DNA of 64,000 bases from Paraspadella gotoi (Eukaryota; Animalia; Chaetognatha), in NCBI GenBank assembly GCA_051294375.1, contig CM119264.1, positions 2,104,481-2,168,480 of the forward strand, given 5' to 3'. The notes under the pieces are model-generated. The model worked only from the letters and a program-made list of their open reading frames with translations, made no database searches and was not told the origin of the DNA. Position numbers and translations under genes: made by a program. Every line of letters starts with the position of its first letter. The stretch's first letter is position 1. Below, piece by piece: positions 43,201-54,900 of the stretch.

Positions 43201-46200
43201 TCTTTCTCTTTTTCAATCTCAGACTGATCGGACAATTTAGATTGATATTCCTTCACACGTTTTTCATATCATCTTTTTCTCTTTCATAACTTTAAGTTCC
43301 CGGTTAACTTTGTCCAATTCCGTTTCTAACAGAGAAACTTTGTCTTCCATATCTTTAGATTGTTTACACGAATTTTCATACATAAATTCGTCTTTTTTCT
43401 CGCTTTAAAGTTTCGAGTTCCACCTCGACTTTTTTAAATTCAATTCCACGAGACGCTTGTTTTTCAATCGCTTCCTTGTACATCAATGCAAGATTTTCTA
43501 ATTCAATATCTTTATCCTTCAAAACCTTCGATCGATCTGTCAGCCTCGCATTCATTTCGTCCTCTTGAAGAGAATTTTCTCTTTTAACAGAGTGTAGTTC
43601 ACGCTCCATCTCTTCCAGTTTCAATTCAAGCGAACAAACCTTTTCATTCACATCTTCGTTGAGCTGACGATCAGCATTCTCATGGTCACGCCGATCGGAC
43701 GACTTGGCCGCGTATTCCTCTATTGTTTTCTCCATTTTGGATTTTTCTCGTTTGAGATTTCCAATTTAGCCATCACGCTGCTTAACTCCTCCTTCAAGGA
43801 AGACGCCTCATCCACCAATCGCGCAACGAGACTCTCCGACTGGCGAAGTCGATCGTCGACGTGCTCCTTAGTGGTCTTAGCTTCTTCCACGAACAATCCT
43901 TCCCACGCCGACTTTTCGTGCAAACAAAAACTCTTCTCCGCCCACTTGCTCGTCAACTCCCGATTCTCTTCCCTCACTCGCTCCAACTCTTCCTTCACTC
44001 GCTCCATATCAAAATCCTCTCGATCGGCTAGCATCTCGTGTAGCTCGTCGTTCTCTCTCTCCAACGCCGTCGCCCGCTCGACGAGCTCTCGCTTCTCCGC
44101 CTCGACGCGATCGTTATCGCCTTGGAGAGTCTCGCAAAGATCCGCGTACTCGGCGCACTTGACCTTCATTTCCGAGAAATCGGCCGAAGGCGGTCGAGGC
44201 GGGCGGCTTGAGCGCCAGGTTGTCCTCGCTGACGGTCTTGCGCAGCATCGTCTCCCGCGACATCCGCTCCTTGATGGTGCAGAGCTCGCGCTCCAGCGTC
44301 GCGATGGCCAGATCCTTATCCAACAGCTCGTCCTCCAATTGACGAAGACGGGATCGATTGTCTTCGTCATCGACGGAGGAGGATCGGGCAGCGGGGAATA
44401 ACGAGACGTGACGATTTCGTCGCCGAAATTGACGCGTTTCGCCCGCTTCGCCGAAGACGACGGCGCCGCCGCGGTCTCCTGCGGCTGCTGCGGAAGAGTG
44501 TTTCTTCCCACTCAGCTGCAGACTCGATTTGATGGCGCTGGACGAGAGGTTGCTGCGTCGCGCGGGTGGACAGTCTCGTCGTAACGAAAGCGGATTGAGG
44601 ACCGGAACGAACGAAGGCCGTCGACGGAGTCGCGCAGGGTGTGTCCGAAGGCGCCGGCGCAGAAAATTTGAGAATCCTCGAGAAGAGTCGGCGCCGCAGC
44701 GGGATGGCGCGCAGCGAGTAAGAGTGAAGGACGGTTAAAAGGAGGAGCGGCGCCGGAGATTTTTGCCGCCTTGACCCGGCGCCCAAGTCTCTCGTCGACG
44801 AGCGCGGGTCTTGAATGCGCTGGGTTTGGGGGCGGCGTTGGAGGCCGAGTCGAGAGAGTGGATGAAGAGCTTCTGGAGTTTCTCGAGGGCACGTCGTTGT
44901 TCCTCGAGGCGTTCGTCCTTTTCCGTCATTTTGCGTTCGTGTTCTTCTCGACGTTCGGAGTCGGGCTGCACGGGTAAGGGAAGGGATGAACTTGTTAACA
45001 GGGGAAAAATAAAGAAAAAACAGAATAGCGAATTTTTATATTTGTTTTAAGGTCCGGGATCACTCAATTCAAATTATATTAGCCTAAAACCGAGCTCGGA
45101 TTTCGAAAGGAGAGCTCCTGACGATTCCGAAAATGTATTCACTTTACTATTTTTTCAAAGGCGTCATCGTTTTTTTGATTTTTTTTGTACTATATAAAAT
45201 AAAAGAAACTATTTGAAGAGTTGCAGCCCAAACGGTAAGCGGTTTCTCATAAAATTTGGCATGAATTACTTTTAGGTCACTAACTCCAATTTATGAAAAG
45301 ATATTTTCAAAATTTGCCTTCCTTCATATAAAATTTGATTATTTTAATCAATTTTTGGGATTAATTCCTTGATATCTTTGAAACGAAAAACATTTTTTCA
45401 AAAACGCGCTCATAGAATCTCCCCCACCTTTCCTTTCTTGCCAAGATATTTTTTTCTTCAAGAAGAGTCCAATGGTTTGAGCTGCAACTCTTCGTTTTTA
45501 ACTTCACTTCGTCAAGAAAGTTAAATTCTGTACTCATTAAACTCATTAAACATTTACATAAAGTAAAAAGTCAAATTGAAATAAATTCGATAAGTTTTTT
45601 AACTCATAAAACTCATGAAAGTATAAAAAACCGTCTGGAAAATGTGAAGAGTAGTTTGTTTTAGATTATTAGTGATACAACCCCATGTATGTACTTGTAC
45701 CAAAGGAAGAATTAAATATAAGAAGTAGAAATTGAGCTTACTGTAAAGAATCAGTTTTAAGTTAAAAATTTAGTTGTAGAAATTTAGCTTACATATAAAA
45801 AATAATTTTCTCTTGAAAATCTAGTTTTACCGAAGAAAATTTTGTTTAAATTTTTATGAACATTTTAGGTAGATTTTTAAAAGTTTTCGAATAATTTTTA
45901 ATAGAAAACCTCTTACAGGATATGAGAAAATGATTAAGATACAGTAAATTAAGATTTCTACAATTTTAGGTTGAGTGATCCCTGGCTTAACAATTTCAAA
46001 GGGGAGAAAAAAGAGAAAACTGCGGAGGAATCAAAAAGGATTGATAAAAAATAGAGGATGAGATGGGTTCAAAGAGAAAGCGTGAGAAAGAAATAGTGAG
46101 AGAAAAGAAAAGTGTGAAAGTAAAGATAGTGATACTACTACTAAATAGTGGTAAATATTTCACATGGGTAGAGAGACACACGCTCAGAAAACCATTAAAA

Positions 46201-48874
46201 TAAATTTGAAGGAACAACTACCGTCCTACATCGACAAAGAAACTCAACACGAAACCATCCCCACTAACCCTCTACTGACACGTGACTCAAACAACTAATC
46301 CAAAAAGGACAATTTATGGTTCCTAGTGGAACCGGGATTCTTTATGGTTTCTTCCCACCAACAAGTGAGCATCTGCTCTGCAAACGCGACATCTCCCAGA
46401 GAGAAAACGAAAGAGGAAACCTCCTCTTCCCGCCTTCTTTCCCCCTCCCGTACGCTACCTCAGTACGCCGACACGAGACAGAATCACTCGTAACCAAGCA
46501 AACCAAGAGGGGGGAATCCCGCGGACTTCCGGTGACGTGCCACGCCCACTTGACCGGACGTCGTAGAAGGGGGGGATGAGAAGCCCGAAAAAGAACCAGT
46601 CCATGGACGAAAACCGGGTCTGGAGAAACTGACGGCCGGACGAAGCAACGGCCGAAAGAGCTGTCGGGCGATCAGTTGGCGTCCTTGACGTCCCTGGAGT
46701 CCCGCCCCTACGCTTGGGAGGCGGCGAAAACTTGCGAGGCCAGTAGGGACGGCGAGGCGAGAAGCGTCAGCGACAGAAAGGACAGTATGAGCGGAACGCT
46801 CCGGCGTCCCTCATGATGCTTCAAAAAGCCTTGAAAGCGCGCGTCGTCTTGGAGTCCTTCCGAACGGCGTCGAACTGAGCGGCAAGGCAACTCTGAGCAG
46901 GAGGACAAAATCCGCCGGCGAAGAGACATCCGACCAGCGCCGGAAACGCGTATAGGCGGAAAGAACGTCCCACGACGGTAAAGAACGTCGTCCTGGCCAA
47001 CTCTGCGCAAAACCCTCCACTGCTGTAGGACCCACTCCGAAGGCTGTACAGAAGCACGACGAGACAAGAAGTTGTCCAACCCCGCAGCAGAAACGGAGGC
47101 GTCGTCGTCGACTTGCGCAGATGGGGCTCGACGAGGAAGGCGTGACGCAGTCACCCGCTCGGAGCGTGAAGGCCGATCCGCCGCCGAAGAGGCCGCCAAG
47201 AACGCGAAGACTCCAAGTCGCTGGCGTACAAAAGACGACGAAGAACGGCGAAATGGCGAACAGAGGCGTCCAAGAACCATGAAGAAAACGTACATGGAAA
47301 AAAAGAGAATCATTGAAAAATGACAGTCTCAAAAAAAGAACCCAAAAAAACACCCCACACAAACAAGACAAGCGAGCCTGAGCCGCCCTCCACCACCGGT
47401 GGTGCCAGGGGTGGACGGTGGTGGTTGTTGGTGGGGAAGAACCATGAGAAATCCCGGTTCCACTAGGAACCATAAATTCTATCATGTAGTTCTTCCCCAC
47501 CAACAAGTGGCCTGTAACAAGACCAGGCAAAGGCCCGACAAAAAACAAACAAACAAAGTCGAGTTAGGTGGGGCAAGGAGGAAAACCCCTCTGTACGCCG
47601 AAATGTACGCCAAAAAAAGGCGAAAAACAAAAACGAAAAGAAAGAAGAACTCACCGCCGAAGACTCTCCAATTCGGAACGAGACGAGCGGCGAAACCTCC
47701 CTAAATTCGCGACGAACGCTAGAAAGAGCGTTGCTATTTGAGAACTGCCTCCATCTGAAGGGGCATGACTTCGGCCTGACCAAGAAAAGCCCGGAATGGC
47801 TGATGGTGGAGGCGGTGGAGGCGGCGGCGAAGGCGGCGGCGGAAGAGACATGAGGGTAGTCGAGTTGAAAACACGCGCCTCAGTCCAAAAAACGGAGAGC
47901 ACTGGACAAACAAGGGGGCGAAACAAGGTTCTTCCCCCCAGCAGCCGTACTAAGCGCCGTGGGCAAACGAGAGAGGCCGAGTCGCGGCTCTTCCCTCCGC
48001 ACCGCGCAGGGTGCGTCGAGGGCAAGCGAAAGGGCCGAGTCAAGGCTCTTCCCCCGAAGCCACGCACAACGAAGACGAAAAAAGATGGCGGCCGTGAAGA
48101 GAAACTTCAAAGCCACGTGTCGAAGAATATCTGTATTCTGAACTCCAAAAAAAAGGAACGAAAAATATGCAAAATTATTCAAAAAATAATCAAAAAATAT
48201 TTTCGTAAAAAGCCGGGAGACTGTGAGCGCAAAAGCGCGAACAGAAGAAGTGATTCTGTCTCGTGTCGGCGTACTGAGGTAGCGTACGGGAGGGGGAAGA
48301 GAAGGCGGGGAAGAGGAGGTTTCCTCTTTCTTTTTCTCTCGGGAGATGTCGCGTTTGCAGAGCAGATTNNNNNNNNNNNNNNNNNNNNNNNNNGCTCACT
48401 TGTTGGTGGGGAAGAACTACATGATAGAATTTCCACCACCCCCCTCCTCGCCGATAAAAACCAACCCCTTCCCTCCACTTCGCCCAAACAAAAAAAAAAA
48501 AACAGACCGTTTGCGCTTCGGCGTTTCTCTCCTTCTCCATTTCCGCTAATCTTTCTTTCAGCTTTAAAATCTCCTTCGTTTTCCGTTTGAGCAAAACTTC
48601 GTCCGAAACGAATTCGTTGACGTGGGCGCTGTTCTTGATTTTCTTGCAGTTTAGTCCGAACCTAGTTTAGGGGGAAGGGTGGGCGTCTCTAGATAAAAAA
48701 CCGAAGAAAAATAACACGAATCGCTCCCCCGAATTTTCTTTCTTCTCACCCTTTTTCCCCATGAAAGACAATCAAGACAAGCGAGACAATCATATCCATT
48801 TCCTTTAATTGATTGATTAATTCATTCATTCTTTCAACTTCCTCGCACCGTCTCTCCCATTAATCGCGTGATCG

Positions 48875-48924
<50 letters not shown>

Positions 48925-51900
48925 ATTCCACCTCAACGTATTCTTTGTCTCCTCGACGGAGGCGGGCGTGACGGCGCAAATCACGGCCGTCCTCGAATTC
49001 CCGCCCAACGAGTCTTTCAAAATTCGGGTGAGTTTCGAGTTTCGGTAAGGAACGTGCTGCTGCTTTCGCGGATTGGCCGCGTTCTCCGAGAGAATCTCGA
49101 TCACGCGGGTCAAGTCAGTTAATGATTGGTTGATGTTGACGCCCTCGCGAAACGTCTCCCCCTTGGATCCTGTCTTTCCTAGGGATGATAAATAATAATA
49201 GTGATAAATAATAATAGAGATAATTAAATAATAGTAAAAACGATGACAAACCACAAACCCGTTCCTTTTTGCGCTTTCCTAAATCCCTTTCCCACTCACC
49301 CGGCTTCTCCGATCCGGCCAAATCGACGAGGTTCATGATCGACCTCCTCACGGCGCCCGACTCTTCGCTCCCGCGGTCTTGACTCTCCAGCGTGAGAGTG
49401 AATATGGTGTGAGACCTCGAGCTCCGGTTGTTCATCACGGTCTCGGCGAAATGGCGACGTCGCTCGCCCTCCTGATCGAAGAGAGTGAGGAAGAGTGAGG
49501 AAAGTTGTGAAAAAGTGAAGATGAAGAAAGGAGAGGAAAGAAAGAAAAATAAAGAAAGGTTATAAAAAAGAAGGAAAGCAGTGGTGAAGTAAGGAGGTTG
49601 CGATAAAGGTGATACGGGAGTGGGTACGGAGAGAAAGTGAAATTGGATAAAATATGAAGAGGAGGTGATTAAGATTAAAAAGTGTGAGGAAGAGAAGAGA
49701 GAAAAGAAGAGAAGAGAAGAGAAGAGAAGAGAAGAGAAGAGAAGAGAAGCGGAAAGTTGACATGGGAGGACGAAGACGAGTCACTCGGTCACACTCACAC
49801 TCACAGGGAGTAAAATTTGAAAAAGATGAGTCCCCTTCCTTCACTCCCCAACTCCTCTAAACAAATGCTTCCACAAACCTGTTTCTTAGCATAGATCTCC
49901 TCCTCGGACGTGACAAAGGCCGACTCGACGCCTTCGATGAAGGTCCGCCCTTCTTCGTCCTCCCTCACGGCGAGATCGTCGACGCGATTGGACGCGATGT
50001 TGTTGGAGGAGGAGGAGGAGGAGGAGGAGGGGTCGACGAGGAGATCGCGAACTCGATCCTCGTAAATCTCGACGTAGGTGACGCTGAAGATGAAATGTCT
50101 GTCGATGGGGAAAAAAAAAGGGGGGGGGAAAGAGGACTTTGATTATATCTTGACGATTGAGCGAGGATGGGTTATGATGGGTTAAGACAGTTTAAGGTTT
50201 TTATCCAAAAAATCAATCTATTTGATAACATTTTAAAAGATTTATTCAAATAATTTCTATAATAATAATAATCAGTGAAAACAATTTTAAAATCTACTTC
50301 GCGCATGCACAAAAACAGACTCGCTCTCTTTATCTCTCTGTCGAGCAAAGCACCTTCTAACTAGTAGAATCTTCGTAGAATTTCAAAACCACAATAAACA
50401 CCACAACCACAAGACCGCAAGACAACCTGTTGACGGATTCGTCGATCCGCTGGAAGACCCGATGAACGATGAGAGGAATGACTCCCGGTTCGTTGGCGTC
50501 GCCGCTCATCGTGTGCGTCTTGCCCGACGAGGTCTGCCCGTAGGCGAAGACCGTGCAGTTGAATCCCTCGAAGAAATCGTCGACCATCGGGCGGACGACG
50601 TCGTCGAACACGTCCTGGGTCGAGCTCGTCATGCCGAAGACTCTGCGATGATAAGGCGATAAGTAATGATGAAAATAAAGTAAAAAAGAAAAAGGAATTC
50701 GTAGGTGAAATTCGGCAAATAAAACTAATAGGAAACAGTGAAATAAAAATGAAACGTAATCATTACATTACTACAATATGCAAATGAGATAGAGAAACTA
50801 GATCTAATTAATAAGGCTTAATTTCTTTACCTCCTTTCCTTGGCATGGTAAAATCCCTTAACCATTCCCTCTCTTCTCCACATCCCTACCGATCGTAGCA
50901 ATATTCCTGCGCTGCCGGATTCGTAGGAATAATCTTCTTCGTCGTGGGATCGATTTGCTTGATGAACCAAGATTCGCTTCCTTCCTTTTCTTTCCAATGA
51001 AGTTGCGCGTTCGTCTTTTTCTCGCGAGGAATGAGGGGACGGATTCTGGGGGGGGAGGGGAATGAGTGAAAAGAAGGGGTTGAAAAGGGTTGAGAGAATG
51101 GAATAAGGGGAAGGGAGGAAAGTGAGGGAAGGGGCAAAAAGAAGGAGAGAGACGGGTGGCGATAGGGGAAAGGATGGAGAGAGAGAGAGAGAGGGGGAGG
51201 AAGAAAAATAGAGAGGGGGAAAATAGGAATGAAAGAAGGAAAATATAACGATAATTTTAATCAGAGCGAAATTAAGTAGAGGTCAAAAGAATTAATCCTC
51301 ACTTCCTTCATAGCGATTTTCACAATATCAATTTTCTCACACCTGACCGCCGTGATGATGGTGTGAGCCTTCTCGTTGTTGACCGCCATCGTCTCGATCG
51401 TCGTCGAGGAGTCATCCAACTTTGTTTTCTTTCTGTTCTGATGTTTTTTTGTTTTTTTCTAAGGGAGGTTTTGTTGTTTTTGTTGTTTTTTTAATTTTTT
51501 TTTAAATTTTATTTGAGGCCGGCAAAAGTTTTTATGGCAGTTTCATCGCAGTTTTATAAGTTTGTTCTTTCATTCGAGGATTCTGTAAACTATAATTGTA
51601 TAATATATTACATATGTATATGAAAAAAAGACCGGGGTTTCTTTCCACTCATGAAAATTGTATAATTCGGCTCATTTTCAATTTGGTATAATTTGGTATA
51701 AGCGAAAATAAAATTTAGCCGCTAATGAAATATAAAGAATTGAGAAGTTATCACAGATCTTAAAGTCCGCCTATCACGACGACCATATCAAAATCTCGCG
51801 CGGGGAGCCTCAGTCGAGAAACATGAACCTGACGGTGCTGATCCTGGCGCCGCACAAGTGGCAAAGGGTCAGCTTGGCGGCGCAGCGGCGGCAGGCGACG

Positions 51901-54900
51901 TGGCCGCAGTCGAGAACGGCATCCTTCTTCTCGTCCATGCAGATGGAGCAGCGGAGTCGATCCTCCAGATTCTCTTTTTCCCGGAGAAGATCGTCGACGA
52001 TCTCCTTTTTCTCCTCTCGCTTCTTCAACGAATCCGCAAGGCGGTTGTTGTCCTGCTTCAGGCGGTCGTTGTCCTTCGTCAGTCGATTCTTTTCTTTTCC
52101 CAGGCGATTCTTATCCTCCACAAGACGATCTCGGTGTTTTAGCAGGTATTTCTTGTCCTCCACCAGTCGATCTTGGTCTTTTGACAGGCGATTCTTGTCC
52201 TCCGAGAGGCGATCGTTGTCCCTCATCAAACTTTTCTTTTCCTCCAACAACTTTCGACACTTTTCCCTCAATGTCTGATTTTCCTCCTCGACCAGATGGC
52301 CGTTATCTTTCGACAGATTGTCGTTGTCCTTTGACAGGCGGTCGTTGTCCTTTGTCAGACGATGATTGTCGTCTCTCAAACCTCTTTTCTCCGCCGTCAA
52401 CTTTCGACACTTTTCTCTCAGCATCTCCATATCCTCCTCCGTCTGGAAATCTCGTTCGCGTTTGCGTCTCTCGATGTTTGCGTCTTTTTCGTCCACGAGA
52501 TGGACGGTGCGCCGATGCGACTCAGGAGGCGTCAGTGGCACCACGACACGGACCGTTCTTTGATATCGAGAAGGATCTTTGGTCTGCGGCACCGGCTCAG
52601 GAGGAGGTTTCACCCGCGTCTGTTTCGCCAGTAGCGGCGTCGTTGATCTTTCTTCTTTTCCCGCCGTAGCGCCCGTCGCCACGTGGAACAGGGGTTTGGC
52701 CGGAAGACGGGTGAAACGATTTCCCAAAACGAGGCTCCGATTCTTGGGATAATCCGCCATCCTTAGCTCTTCTAGGGATTTGTTCTCGTACTTTTTCATG
52801 ACGGAGATGCACTGGAATTTGACGAGCCCGCTTTGCACTTGGTCACCGATCATTGACACGTCGGACCCAGACACTGGTTCGAATTTGGTCGGCGTTCCGA
52901 GCGGATAACAAAATAGGAGGCCGCCCGGGCGGGGGTCGCCGTTGGAGGCGGGATAGTTCATTAATCGTTTGACGGTAAAAGGAGAGAAAAGATGAACTAA
53001 TGAAAAAAATATAGATTTAGGTAAAAAATAGTTTTAATCGACTAGAAATAGTTTAAATTTTAAAATAGGGGGGGGAAATCTGAGCAAGGCAAGGGGAAAG
53101 ATAAAAAAAAGTGGTGGTCAATAATAATTGTCTTTTCATAGGGTAAAGGAAAATGATGGGGGCTAATAATGGCAAAAACGACCAGAGGAGAAAAATAATC
53201 TTAAAAGTATAGTGATATCGTTTATCGCCAGACGTTACTATCAAAGAAAATTAACGAAAAAATCTTAAAATCACAATGATCCATCGCTCCATCTCGAACA
53301 AAACCTCGTACTTTATAAAACCGGCTAATAAACAAATGATTTTTCCCTTACAAAGTTTTTATTCGTTACCGAATTCCGATCGAATAAAAAAGTTAAGAAT
53401 ATTTTTTCAACGGAGACTTTCTTTCGAATCTGACTACCAAACTTATGATGCGATGATAACAAATTAGTAATGTGTTGATAACAAATTATTGATGCGATGA
53501 CAAATTATTGATGGGAAAATGTTCAAAAAATGCAATGAAATGAATTGAATGAATGAAATGAATGAATTGAATGAAATGAATAAATGAGTGAAATACATTT
53601 AAATTTATTTAATTAAAATAAATGAAAGAATTGAGATAATTTTAAATTTATTTACTCAATATAATTTACTTATCAACTAAATTAATTAAATTCAACGAAT
53701 TTAATTAATTAAATTTAATTAAAGAAATTGAATGAATAAATATATATATATATATATATATAAATATAATGGATATTTTTATATTGGTTGTACCAATTTC
53801 ATAAAATTCATCTCCTTGTATTTTGATGCTAGTGCGGAGTACAATATAGTATTCCCCGATCTAATACTTAAGGGAGTGGTCTTTTCATACAATTGAAACA
53901 TTCTTTGAAATATTATACCACTTCATTGATAGGAAAGCCAGGTTCACTGGGAGTGAATAAATAAGACTGTGAGATAGTCTTGATTGAAAGCTTGCAGAAA
54001 CCTGCTATGTTATTATCTTGTAAGTGTGATGGAGGCCTTAAACCACCAAAGCCTGTCCAAAGTCAGGGACAAGATAGCTTATTTATTAAATGAATGGATA
54101 ATTTTTATATTGGTTGTACCAATTTCATAAGAAAGAAGGAGATATAAAAAACAAGAGAAACGATGGAAAGAGAAAGCGGTTTTAAAATTATAACATGCGC
54201 GACTGCGACAATTAACATCATGAGTTCGAACCTCATAACTTTTTTGGATAAAAAACAAAGAAAAAGAGAGAGAAATCCAGCCGCTGCAGAGCTGAACTCG
54301 TTTTTAGACGAATCAGAAAAAGAAAAAAAGAGAGAGAGAAAGAACGACATATATTTAAAATGTAATTCATAATTTGTAGTAGTTTTTATATAATAATTAT
54401 TTTGTAAATAAAACAAACAAATCCGAGTATTGATATGAAACATGATAATTTCAAAACTATATCTAAATTTTAGCTTCCTAATTGTAATTCGTAGTAGTAG
54501 TGACGACGACGACAGTAAACGATTATCTTCGCCCAAGAGATAAAAAAAATGATTAATTACAGGATAAGTAAAGAGCCTTATAAAAATAATAATTGCTTAA
54601 ATTTTATTAAGTTAAAGAAAAGAAAAAAATTCTATGTTGTAGTTAACGTAAACTTCCGGTCATTTGTGCTTGGATCAAACGAAAAATCTGATTGTCGACA
54701 CCTTGTTAATCGTTTTATATGAGAAACTGAACAGGATTGTGAAAATTTTCGATTGCATGGTTAAAAAAAAACAGTATAGCAACGAGTAATGGTTAAAGGA
54801 GCTATGGGTACGTGCCCAGAAGGATGGGGCAGCCTAGGGACGAGGGGTGAAGAGCAAATTGTCGGAGTTTTCATGATTTCCTTTTAAGATCACGTGACGG

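Larger units (their letters stand above)
31236..54778. mobile_element. Giant gene-carrying TIR element (Mutator/Pack-MULE-like, non-autonomous) inserted in Flattop intron 2
   Basis: Imperfect inverted repeats at ~31236-31435 and ~54553-54778; flanking direct repeat GCAACGAGTA at 31226-31235 and 54779-54788; removing it restores a 200-bp intron. No transposase ORF seen. Confidence 0.75.

Noticed and set aside
41352-44971. Second CENP-E copy or pseudogene
   Set aside because: The homopolymer-indel error pattern and near identity, introns included, point to an assembly duplication.
46708-48590. ORFs inside the DIRS-like element as gag/RT/recombinase
   Set aside because: No YxDD, RNase H or R-H-R-Y motifs recognised; the overlapping ORFs reflect high GC.
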